Source: Nitrospirota bacterium (GTDB lineage: Bacteria > Nitrospirota > UBA9217). Taken from it: a stretch of DNA of 64,000 bases. How positions within the stretch are numbered: the first letter of the stretch is position 1; every line of letters begins with the position of its first letter. The stretch is taken from the NCBI GenBank assembly GCA_963796285.1, contig CAWCKW010000012.1, forward strand, positions 1 through 64,000. The letters are read 5' to 3'. This document shows, one piece after another, positions 10,223 to 20,291 of the stretch. The position numbers and the translations under genes are program-made. The notes beneath the pieces were generated by a model. It searched no databases. It saw nothing but the letters and a program-made list of their open reading frames with translations, and was not told where the DNA came from.

Positions 10223-11092
10223 ATGAGCGAGAGCCAGAGATACAGCGAAGGCATTAAAGTGCTGTCCAACAGGGATTTTGACCGCCTGAGCCAGTTCATC
10301 AGCGAACATTGCGGCATCAAGATGCCGCCGGCGAAGAAGACTTTGCTTGAGTCGCGGCTCCAGAAACGGCTCAGGGCGCTCTGCACGCAGTCATTCCGTG
10401 AATACTGCGATTATTTGTTCGAGAACCCGTCTGGGATGAGCGAGCTCGTGCACATGATCGACGCTGTGACCACGAACAAGACGGACTTTTTTCGGGAGCC
10501 TGCGCATTATTCCTTTCTCAGCGAGACCGTGCTGTCGGATTTTAAGCATCATCAGCGAGCAACGGACACTCAGCGGTTTACGGTCTGGAGCGCGGGATGT
10601 TCCTCAGGGGAGGAACCGTATACGCTTGCCATAGTGCTGAGCGAATTTGCCGCGCGATATCCTGGCTTTCAGTTCACGATCATGGCCACGGACATCTCTA
10701 CGAAGGTCCTGGACAAGGCGCGGAACGGCATCTATGATGAAGGCCAGATCGCGATGATCCCGTACGCGCTGAAGCAAAAATATTTCACGCGGAGCAAGGA
10801 TCGCGACAAGAAGCTCGTGCGGGTCGTGCCCGCGGTGCGTTCGAGCGTCCAGTTCGAGCGCCTTAATCTCATGGATCAGCGCTTTCCGGTGCCCGAGGCG
10901 TCGCTGGACGCGATCTTTTGCCGGAACGTGATGATCTATTTCGAGCGCGATACGCAAAACAAGCTCCTCGGAAGATTTTGCCACTATCTGAAAACAGGCG
11001 GACATCTTTTTCTGGGGCATTCGGAGACCGTGCACGGATTCGACCTTCCGCTCATCCGGATCGCGTCCACCATTTACAGGAAGATGCCGTGA
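10223..11092 (+). CDS. cheR: Chemotaxis methyltransferase CheR
   Basis: TTNKTDFFRE, WSAGCSSGEEPY, ATDIS, IFCRNVMIYF and LGHSE. Confidence 0.95.
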   Translation: MSESQRYSEGIKVLSNRDFDRLSQFISEHCGIKMPPAKKTLLESRLQKRLRALCTQSFREYCDYLFENPSGMSELVHMIDAVTTNKTDFFREPAHYSFLSETVLSDFKHHQRATDTQRFTVWSAGCSSGEEPYTLAIVLSEFAARYPGFQFTIMATDISTKVLDKARNGIYDEGQIAMIPYALKQKYFTRSKDRDKKLVRVVPAVRSSVQFERLNLMDQRFPVPEASLDAIFCRNVMIYFERDTQNKLLGRFCHYLKTGGHLFLGHSETVHGFDLPLIRIASTIYRKMP

Positions 11093-11579
11093 ATCGTTTT
11101 GAAAGGAAACTGCCCGTGGCATACCGTAAGTCAGGCGACGTGTATTTCGCTGAACTGTCCACGCTGCTCGTAATTGTCCTCGGTTCCTGCATGTCAATCA
11201 CGATGTTCAGCATCCGCGCGCGACTCGGCGCGATCTGCCATGGTCTTCTGCCTCGCTGTAAAGGTCAAGGGCAGCGCGGCAGAGATGGTTTGGATGGGTT
11301 CACGTATGTGGATTGCTCCATCAGGCGGATGGCAGTGTAATTCTACTCGCAGCGTCAGAGGGCGCGAGATCGAGGTCAAAGGCTTCGACGGGGCCGACAT
11401 GTTCACGCGGGACATCAACAGACGGGAAACGGGCCCTGTTGGAAAACAGAACCTGGTCCTTGCCCAGGAGGTCCTGCCCAGCGACGGACGCTCTCTTAAA
11501 GTATCCGATGTCGGCGGCAGACGCGGACGCAAAATCCTTTTATTATTCGGAGACCGGCGATGTATTTCTGAAAAGCTGA
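11089..11579 (+). pseudogene. cheD: cheD pseudogene
   Basis: VLGSC, AICHGLLP and YVDCSI, then in-frame TAA at 11338 and two frameshifts. The conserved KVFGG is decayed to KGFDG; DVGG..GRKI is retained. Confidence 0.85.
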
Positions 11580-11667
11580 CGAAAGTGAACGACCCGGACA
11601 TCAAATGGTATCAAGCCTGCGAGAAGCGAGCGGTGAGTAACAAGGGTCAAGTGCCAAGTAGCATTGA

Positions 11668-12759
<1,092 letters not shown>

Positions 12760-12761
12760 TA

Positions 12762-12947
12762 CACGAGATCAAGCAGCGCATTGCTGAAGGTCAAGGCAAG
12801 GCCGGGATAACCGGCACGCCGGCATTTCTCCTGGGTTATATGATGTCCAACGGTAAGGTGAAAGCGGTAAAGAAGATGGTGGGCGCGGCGCCTTACGCCA
12901 ATTTTAAAGCTGCAATAGATGAGGTGCTTTCCTCAAAAAAAAGGTAA
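12762..12947 (+). pseudogene. C-terminal remnant of a DsbA-family thioredoxin-fold protein
   Basis: The frame reads AEGQGKAGITGTPAFLLG..MVGAAPYANFKAAIDEVL*, the DsbA cis-Pro loop and C-terminal helix. No start and no CxxC. Confidence 0.65.
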
Positions 12948-13128
12948 CGGTCCCCGAGCGGGGATGGTTTTCTTGCGGCCGAGCTTATAGGGGGGATATC
13001 ATTTCCCCCCCTGTTCAGGCAATTTTGGTGTCCGAAAATCTCTCTATCACAGGTATGGAGTTTGACCACTATGCTGCTATGCTCGGCCATGTATCGTCTC
13101 GTGAACCACACTGATCACACCCCTCTGA

Positions 13129-13620
13129 TCACGCCTTGATATTTGCGGAGCCTTCTCCTCCTTCCGGAAGAACAATGACCTGTCCGCAGCGTCGTCCCTT
13201 GCCTTTTCAGCGACCCTCGCGCTTATCCCCATGCTTTTATTGCTCACCCTTCTCCTGGGCGCGGTGATCGGTTCATCCGGGGAGGTCATGGCCAGGACAC
13301 AGGAATCGCATGAGTACAGCCAGCGTATTTCGCGCGGGGTGCAGTCCATCGCATCGCACCGGGGCGCCATCGGACTGCTGAACCTGCTTGTGCTGCTCTG
13401 GAGAATGGGGGCGCTCGTGGGGGACATGCGAAGGTCGCTGGGCGTTGTGTTCCGGAAAAAACAGACCCGCCCTTTCCTCGCGGAATTCCTGCTTCATGTC
13501 GCGATAGGCATAATCTTTCTGATCGCCCTGACTGTCATCGCGGTGGCCGTGAGGGCAAGGGCAGTGAGCTTCGCATGCGCCTGTGAAGGGGGTTGCAATA
13601 AGAAAGAGAAAGAGGGATAA
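13129..13620 (+). pseudogene. YihY/BrkB-family membrane protein fragment
   Basis: AFSSFRKNNDLSAASSLAFSATLALIPMLLLL is a YihY-type N-terminus. In-frame TGA at 13126 upstream and much shorter than typical. Confidence 0.6.
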
Positions 13621-13836
13621 TTTACAATCAGGTTTCCGCAAAGGACCGGCGCGATCATCAGGAATGCGATCTCATCTCTCGTCCTTCGCTTGTCATTGTC
13701 GCGCTCTCTTCACCGCTCCCCGGTGATCTCATGGGCAGAATGGTATCTTGTTTAAAATCTGACTTAATTGGTGCTTGCCCGGAAGAGCGTGTGATATACG
13801 GTATCTCCCGGGTAAGTCCATGGTATATACGGCATT

Positions 13837-14472
13837 ATGAAATTCAAGATCGACCTGCACGTCCACACAAAATACAGCGGCGACAACGATTCTGATCCTG
13901 AGGAAGCGATTCTTCGTGCCATTGAACTCGGTCTCCATGGCATCGCCTTTACCGAGCACTATTACTACGAAGCATCAGAGCCCGTCGAGATCCTGAAGGA
14001 AAAATACCGGAACAGTATCCGGATCTTCAGGGGGGTAGAGTTTTCAACAGCGGAGGGGCATTGCCTCGTTTTTGGCGTCGATACGGACACGCTCTCGATA
14101 AAACATGCTTCAGTTAAAGAGGTTGTGCGGGTCGTTCATCGGGAAGGCGGCGTGGTGATCCCTTCCCATCCCTATCGTTCGGTGAATAGCCTGGGCGACC
14201 TGGTGCTGGAAGTACCGGGCCTCTGCGCGCTCGAGGGATACAACGGGTGCAATATGCACGCGTTTAACGTGAAGGCGATCGAGGCGGCTGATGTGCTGAA
14301 ACTTCCCACTACCGGCGGTTCGGACGCGCACTCTCCCTTGGAGGTCGGCTCGTGCTTTACCGAGTTTGATGATGAGGTACATGCCGGAAATTTAATCGAG
14401 GTGTTAAAGGCGGGGAGCTACCGGGGTGTTGATTCCCGGAAAATATCCAAAATGATGATAAACAGATTTTAG
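13837..14472 (+). CDS. PHP-domain metal-dependent phosphoesterase
   Basis: DLHVHT, FTEH, GVE, SHP and GGSDAH motifs. Confidence 0.9.
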   Translation: MKFKIDLHVHTKYSGDNDSDPEEAILRAIELGLHGIAFTEHYYYEASEPVEILKEKYRNSIRIFRGVEFSTAEGHCLVFGVDTDTLSIKHASVKEVVRVVHREGGVVIPSHPYRSVNSLGDLVLEVPGLCALEGYNGCNMHAFNVKAIEAADVLKLPTTGGSDAHSPLEVGSCFTEFDDEVHAGNLIEVLKAGSYRGVDSRKISKMMINRF

Positions 14473-14833
14473 TCACCTGCAGACCCATTTTTTTATCCTT
14501 ATTCCCCAGCTTCCCGAAAACCGGGTACACTCATTGATCAGCAGCCCGATCAACCGAAACAATCACTGGCCTGAATCTGTGCAATCCTCGTCAACGCTTT
14601 TACCCTAACCCCGACAAGCCGGGGTCCAGTAAAGCCGATTCAATGTCTCTGACACGCACAGCAGAGGATGATGCCTCTGAAAAAACACGATCCTTCCTCA
14701 TCCGATCAGTCCAGAGCAGTGTCAAGAAGGCCAGCTCCTACCGCCTATTTTAAGAGAATAGTATTCTTTAGCGACTCTCGTCGTCGTTCCTGTGCCGTGA
14801 CTGTTGGTGGAAAAACGTGCGGGGGGGGAACAG

Positions 14834-15823
14834 CTATCCCATATGGTAATGAACCAGGAGCTTCTGGATACCCCAGGCCATGGCAATGCACAGTGGAAGG
14901 GTGAGCACCCAGGCCATCATTATTTTGCCGGCAATCCCCCAGCGGACCGCCGAGAGTCGCTTGGTCGCGCCTACGCCGAGGATCGCGGCTGAGACCACGT
15001 GGGTGGTGCTCACGGGAAGGCCGAAAACGCTTGATGCCATGATGATGCCGGCAGATGAGGTCTCGGCGGCGAAGCCGTGAATGGGTTCAAGCTTCAGCAT
15101 ATTGTGGCCGAGGGTCTTGATGATCTTCCAGCCGCCGAAGACCGTGCCGAATCCCATGGCAACGGCGCAGGTGAGGACGACCCAGGCCGGCACCTCGAGG
15201 GTCTGGATCTTGCCCGAGGCCAGGAGCGCCATCGTGATGATGCCCATGGACTTTTGGGCGTCGTTGGAGCCATGCCCGAAAGCCATGAAGGATGAGGATA
15301 CGATCTGGAGCCTGCCGAAATACCTGCCGATGACGCCGGGTGAGAGCTGACCGAATAAACGTAAGATCATCTTCATGAACAGATATCCAAAAACGATGCC
15401 GCAGAGGGGTGAGAGGAGGAGCGACAGGAGGATCTTCATAATGCCGCCTATATTGAGGAGCGCTGTGCCTCCGTGAGCCACGGCCGCTCCGATGAGCCCG
15501 CCGACGAGCGCGTGAGAAGAGCTGACCGGGAGGCCCATGAGGATCGTGATGAGGTTCCAGAGGATGGCGGAGAGAAGCGCCGAGATCAGGACAGCGTTCG
15601 AGATCGCCGCAGGGTCCAGAATGCCCGAGCCGATGGTCTTGGCCACGGCTGTGGTGATGAAGGCGCCGGCGATGTTCATGGTCGCCGCAAGGAGCACCGC
15701 TTGCAGGGGCGAGAGGACTTTCGTCGACACCACCGTGGCGATGGCGTTCGCGCAGTCGTGCCAGCCGTTCGCTACATCGAACAGCACGGCAAGCACGATG
15801 ATAAGGATCAGTACCTCAGGCAT
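14834..15823 (-). CDS. pit: Inorganic phosphate transporter, PiT family
   Basis: NGWHDCANAIAT, PVSSSH, HGSNDAQK and PVSTTH. The start overlaps the DUF47 stop. Confidence 0.93.
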   Translation of the reverse strand: MPEVLILIIVLAVLFDVANGWHDCANAIATVVSTKVLSPLQAVLLAATMNIAGAFITTAVAKTIGSGILDPAAISNAVLISALLSAILWNLITILMGLPVSSSHALVGGLIGAAVAHGGTALLNIGGIMKILLSLLLSPLCGIVFGYLFMKMILRLFGQLSPGVIGRYFGRLQIVSSSFMAFGHGSNDAQKSMGIITMALLASGKIQTLEVPAWVVLTCAVAMGFGTVFGGWKIIKTLGHNMLKLEPIHGFAAETSSAGIIMASSVFGLPVSTTHVVSAAILGVGATKRLSAVRWGIAGKIMMAWVLTLPLCIAMAWGIQKLLVHYHMG

Positions 15824-16433
15824 ATTTGAGCACGATGGTTTCGAGGATATTGGCGATATCTTCCGCGCGGTCCGAGGCGTCTTCCAGGATCTGGTAGATG
15901 TCCTTCCATTTGATGATGTACACAGGGTCGTTATCGCTGTTGACGAGTTTGCCGAGCGCGTCGCGATATTTCCGGTCGATCCTGTTCTCAAGCCGGTTGA
16001 CCTCGATGCAGTGTTCCTGGACACGGGAATATTGCTTTGTCCGGAGCTCTCGGAGCGCCTTGATCAGAACGTCCGCCGTCATCTGCAGGTCCTCGGCAAT
16101 CGAGATCACCTCGGGCGTCGGCTTCTCGATCTTATATACCACCATCCTGTCAACGGCCGCCCAGATCAGGTCGAGGACGTCGTCGATCCGTGATGCAAGA
16201 GCATGGATGTCTTCACGGTCGATGGGGGTCAGGAAGGTCTTGTTCAGGTCCTTCATGATGTCGTGGGTGAGCATATCGCCTTCCTGCTCGAATTCGTAGA
16301 TGGCTTTTGCCTTTTTCTCGAACGTGTCAAAATTGTTCAGCATATCGACAAGCACATTGGCCGCCTTCGAAAGGTTCTCGAGTGCCCGGTCGAATTGTAC
16401 AAAAAAGTCTATAGTTTTCGGAAAGAGTGCCAT
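15816..16433 (-). CDS. DUF47 / PhoU-like phosphate transport regulator
   Basis: EQEGD..TFLTPIDREDI..LENRID..LEDASDRAED; directly upstream of pit. Confidence 0.92.
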   Translation of the reverse strand: MALFPKTIDFFVQFDRALENLSKAANVLVDMLNNFDTFEKKAKAIYEFEQEGDMLTHDIMKDLNKTFLTPIDREDIHALASRIDDVLDLIWAAVDRMVVYKIEKPTPEVISIAEDLQMTADVLIKALRELRTKQYSRVQEHCIEVNRLENRIDRKYRDALGKLVNSDNDPVYIIKWKDIYQILEDASDRAEDIANILETIVLKYA

Positions 16434-16666
16434 AGGTGTTTTGTAACGCTCCTTTTGAAAAAATGTGAGAGGGAAAGCACGCAATTGCAGAAGTAATGCC
16501 AAGTCGGTTTTGCGCAGATAAGTTAGCATAAACGGTTATCTTTTGCAACTGTTACCTCTTTTTGTGTCAAGCCAAAATAGAAATGTCATGATTTGTGGAT
16601 CCGCAGCAGACTACAATCGTGACAATGATCTACTGCTTTTGTTTTACCTTGTTTAATCTCGGGACC

Positions 16667-16694
16667 TTGACATTATCTTGATGACGGCTATACT
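16667..16694 (+). promoter_or_regulatory. Sigma70-like promoter of the CHRD gene
   Basis: TTGACA-N16-TATACT. Confidence 0.55.
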
Positions 16695-16743
16695 GAAGAA
16701 TAGTTGCAGTGTAATCAATCTAACGACGAAGGGAGAATAAAGT

Positions 16744-17217
16744 ATGAAAATGTTCAAAGTCATGTTGTTCGCAATATTCACCATGCTTCTGACGGTTTCA
16801 CTCGGCATGGCGGCCGGTCATGGGGCCTTCAAGGCCAAACTGTCAGGCAAAGAGGTTGTCCCGGCTGTTGAGACGAAGGCGATTGGCGAAGCCCATTTCA
16901 AACTGAGCAAGGACGGCAAAGAACTGACCTACACCCTCAAGGTGAAGGACATTGAAAATGTTACTGCAGCTCACATCCATACAGGTATGATGGGAGTAAG
17001 CGGCGGCCCGGTCGCTGGCTTATTCGCCGGTCCGAAAAAGGAAGGTAAATTCAGCGGAGAACTCGCCAAAGGGACCATAATGGACAAAGACCTGGTCGGT
17101 CCTCTTGCCGGGAAAACGATCGGCGACCTGGTTGAATTGATCAAAAGTGGCGGGGCCTACGTTAACGTCCATACGGACAAATATCCGGATGGAGAGATCC
17201 GCGGTCAGATCAAGTAG
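16744..17217 (+). CDS. Exported CHRD-domain protein
   Basis: Signal peptide; LSGKEVVP, AAHIH and YVNVHT..PDGEIRGQI. Confidence 0.9.
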   Translation: MKMFKVMLFAIFTMLLTVSLGMAAGHGAFKAKLSGKEVVPAVETKAIGEAHFKLSKDGKELTYTLKVKDIENVTAAHIHTGMMGVSGGPVAGLFAGPKKEGKFSGELAKGTIMDKDLVGPLAGKTIGDLVELIKSGGAYVNVHTDKYPDGEIRGQIK

Positions 17218-17255
17218 TATTATGCGTTTTCAATTACCGTAGAGTGAAGTAAATG

Positions 17256-17287
17256 AAGCGGGGCCGTTACGACGGCTCCGCTTTTTT
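17256..17287 (+). terminator. Intrinsic terminator
   Basis: aagcggggccgt-tacg-acggctccgc followed by T6. Confidence 0.75.
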
Positions 17288-17511
17288 GACTTTGATCATA
17301 CGGTCAGGAGTCTAACCTTCTTAGACATGGTGCGTAAGGAATATATTGACATGACGCTTATATTGTCACCGGCACTGCGATCTAATTATAAATGCATTGA
17401 GCACTGATGCAGCTTTGTCCCCTCACTGCGTTATCGCTGTGGGCAGGCCTTGTCCGTATCTCCGGTGGGGGAGGGGCTTCGGCAGGATGTAAAAATATAA
17501 TTTCGTTTGTA

Positions 17512-18462
17512 TCAGTAGGCACTCGCTTTATTCAAAAGATCCAGTGATGACTGGTCTAGACTGAGTTTTGTCCCCTCGATCAGAGCGTTCAATTGTTCCA
17601 CGCTCGTGGCGCTCGCAATGGGGGCTGTGATGCTTGGACGCGCCAACAGCCAGGCAAGTGACACGCCCGCGGGAGTTGAGTTGTATTGTTCCGCGACCTG
17701 GTCCAGTGCCCCAAGGATTTGGTATCCCCGGTCATTCAGATATATTTTGATTCCCTGTCCCCGGATGCTCTTTGATCGATCTTTTTCCGAGCGATACTTG
17801 CCCGTGAGAAAACCGCTGGCCAGTGAGGAGTAGGTGATCACGCCCATTCCGTTCTCACTGCAGATCGGTTCAAGCGACCTCTCATACTCCTCTCGATCAT
17901 AGAGATTATAGCGGGGCTGCAGGCTCTGGTAACCGGTGTATCCCTTCTGCGTGCTGATCTGCATTGCCTCGGAAAGCCGTTTTGCGCCGTAATTCGAAGC
18001 GCCGATCGCCCGCACTTTTCCCTGTTTGATCAATTGCGAATATGCTTCCAGCGTCTCATCCAGAGGGGTGTCGGGATCGTCTTTATGTGACTGATAGAGA
18101 TCGATGGTGTCCGTCTGGATTCGTCGCAGAGACTCCTCTACCGCACGCAGAATATAGGGTTTTGTGAGTCCCTTCCTGTCCGGCCCCATTTCACTTCCGA
18201 CTTTTGTAGCGATGATGACCTTTTTCCTGTTCCCGCTCCGTTTGAGCCAATTGCCGATGATGGTTTCAGACTCTCCCCCCTTGTTGCCCGGGACCCACCG
18301 GGAGTAGGTATCAGCGGTATCAATGAGATCAAAGCCTGCCGCTACAAAGGCGTCTAATATCCGGTATGACGCCGGCTCATCCACGGTCCAACCGAATACG
18401 TTGCCTCCAAGCGCCAGTGGAGCGACTTCTATCCCTGAATTTCCGAGTTTGCGCTTTTTCAT
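17512..18462 (-). CDS. Aldo/keto reductase
   Basis: GGNVFGW, DTADTY, IATKVG, IDLYQSH, IGASN and PIASAT. Confidence 0.93.
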   Translation of the reverse strand: MKKRKLGNSGIEVAPLALGGNVFGWTVDEPASYRILDAFVAAGFDLIDTADTYSRWVPGNKGGESETIIGNWLKRSGNRKKVIIATKVGSEMGPDRKGLTKPYILRAVEESLRRIQTDTIDLYQSHKDDPDTPLDETLEAYSQLIKQGKVRAIGASNYGAKRLSEAMQISTQKGYTGYQSLQPRYNLYDREEYERSLEPICSENGMGVITYSSLASGFLTGKYRSEKDRSKSIRGQGIKIYLNDRGYQILGALDQVAEQYNSTPAGVSLAWLLARPSITAPIASATSVEQLNALIEGTKLSLDQSSLDLLNKASAY

Positions 18463-18907
18463 GGCCACCTCTATCGACTTTTTGTTGTAATGTCATTTTT
18501 TAACAACTGTGGGCAGCAATCCCCAAATGGTATATGCGTGTCATGTCTTTATACAGCAAAGACTCTTACTAATTATTAGCATAGCATAGATGTTGGAACA
18601 TACGCATATATCTAAAAAATCATAAAAAAATTAGCTGAAGCAGATATAGCCTTTATTGACATCCTGTTTGAATACGAGGCGCTTGGCTTGATAAAAAACC
18701 GAACATTTCTATTCTGCCTGACACTGTTTACTCTTATTCCCAACAGAAGAGAAAACATAATGCGCCATTCATGAGCTTTATAAAAAACAACGAGTTAGTG
18801 CCGGTGTAGACCATGGCGGGTATGATGCTTTGCCCCCGTACGGTGGTTCCAAAACAAGGAAACGGCGGGTGCAGCGTCAGCTTAGGAGGGCAGGAGGATG
18901 GTCTGTA

Positions 18908-18938
18908 TAAAAAAAGGCGGTGATGTGCTCACCGCCTT
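18908..18938 (-). terminator. Intrinsic terminator after the small Cys protein
   Basis: aaggcggtga-tgtgc-tcaccgcctt hairpin with an A-run on the + strand (U-tail on minus). Confidence 0.75.
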
Positions 18939-18966
18939 GCAACGAAACGATATCTGAAGAACCGGC

Positions 18967-19140
18967 TTATAGAGCCTTTTCTTTATTGCATTTATCGCAG
19001 TACCACATCATGCCGCGGACCTTGCCGCTTGTGGTCATCATCTTTGCCGCCAGCATGGGTTTGGCGCAGCACTGGGGCACATTCAGGTTCACAATGGCCT
19101 TTTTTGTGGCTGCTTTAGCGGTTTTACTCATTTCTGCCAT
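18967..19140 (-). CDS. Small 57-aa four-Cys metal-binding protein (not in the ORF track)
   Basis: MAEMSKTAKAATKKAIVNLNVPQCCAKPMLAAKMMTTSGKVRGMMWYCDKCNKEKAL. SD GGAGGTG, promoter TTGACA-N16-TAGAAT (19207-19180) and a downstream terminator. Confidence 0.8.
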   Translation of the reverse strand: MAEMSKTAKAATKKAIVNLNVPQCCAKPMLAAKMMTTSGKVRGMMWYCDKCNKEKAL

Positions 19141-19271
19141 GGTACGTTCACCTCCGGTTTGATAGTTCGAAACCCGTGCATTCTAACTGTAAATGAAAAA
19201 ATGTCAAGAAGATTTTGCATGTTCACCTTCTTGCTGCAGGAGACAGGCTAATTCAGTTCATGATAAACTCC

Positions 19272-19300
19272 TTGACAATATTAGGGGTTTGAATTATATA
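19272..19300 (+). promoter_or_regulatory. Sigma70-like promoter of the LysR gene
   Basis: TTGACA-N17-TATATA. Confidence 0.45.
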
Positions 19301-19382
19301 TACAAACGTACTAACAGAGTATGATCGTTCCCATGCTATTCCTCATCAGTACTACTATGCTTGTGTAACTTAATTATTAACT

Positions 19383-20291
19383 ATGGAAGATCATAAACTA
19401 AGAGTGTTCTGCGCCGTGGCAGATACCAAAAGCTTTTCCAAGGCGTCGGAGCTCATCCACTTGACCCAGCCCGCGGTCAGCCTTCAGGTGCAGGCCATGG
19501 AAGAGCTCTACGAAACACGGCTGTTCGACCGGTCCGGTAATTCCATTAACCTGACACCGGCCGGGGAGATCCTGTATAAGCGGGCGAAAGAGATCCTTGC
19601 GCTCTACGCAGAGGCCCAGAAGAACATCAGTGAGATCACCGGATCGATAAAGGGTTCCCTTTCGATAGGCGCCAGCTCGACCATCGGCAACTACCTTCTT
19701 CCCATGATCATCTCGGCGTTCAAGAAGAAGGTCCCCCAGGTCAATATCTCGCTGCTGGTGAGCAATACCAAGACCATCACCGAAAAATTGAATGCCGGGG
19801 AGATCGATATTGCCCTGGTGGAAGGGGACGTGAGTAAACAGCGTTTTGCCGTTGATACACTGCTGTCGGACGAACTCGTAGTGATCATGTCCCCGGCGCA
19901 CCCCTGGGCTGAGCGCCGCAATATTCCGGCCATGGACCTGATCAAAGAGCCCCTCATCCTGCGAGAAGAGGGGTCGGGCACCCGCCAGATCATCCTGAAG
20001 CATCTCGAAGAGCACGGGATAAAGCTGTCAGACCTCAAAATCTCGCTTGTGCTCGGCAGCACCGAATCTATCAAGAGCGCCGTGGAGGAAGGCGTCGGTG
20101 TCTCGATCGTGTCTGCCTGGGCCGCACGCCAGGCGATCAAACACGGGATCTTGAAGGTCATGACCTTCAAGGACGTCAAGTTCCACCGGAACTTCAGCAT
20201 CATCTCGCCTAAACGCAATTATTGCACGCATACGGCAAAGGAGTTTCTGGGCTTCCTGAAGGTCTACCCCATCAAGGCCCCGCTGCCCTGA
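19383..20291 (+). CDS. LysR-family transcriptional regulator (CysL/YeiE-like)
   Basis: HTH SFSKAS..LTQPAVS. GASSTIGNYLLP, IALVEG and REEGSGTR are typical of the CysL/YeiE subgroup. Confidence 0.92.
   Translation: MEDHKLRVFCAVADTKSFSKASELIHLTQPAVSLQVQAMEELYETRLFDRSGNSINLTPAGEILYKRAKEILALYAEAQKNISEITGSIKGSLSIGASSTIGNYLLPMIISAFKKKVPQVNISLLVSNTKTITEKLNAGEIDIALVEGDVSKQRFAVDTLLSDELVVIMSPAHPWAERRNIPAMDLIKEPLILREEGSGTRQIILKHLEEHGIKLSDLKISLVLGSTESIKSAVEEGVGVSIVSAWAARQAIKHGILKVMTFKDVKFHRNFSIISPKRNYCTHTAKEFLGFLKVYPIKAPLP

Noticed and set aside
18800-18900. c-di-AMP riboswitch (gtacggggg on the minus strand)
   Set aside because: The flanking GCTGAA/GGGGTTAAT-type consensus elements and stems are not present.
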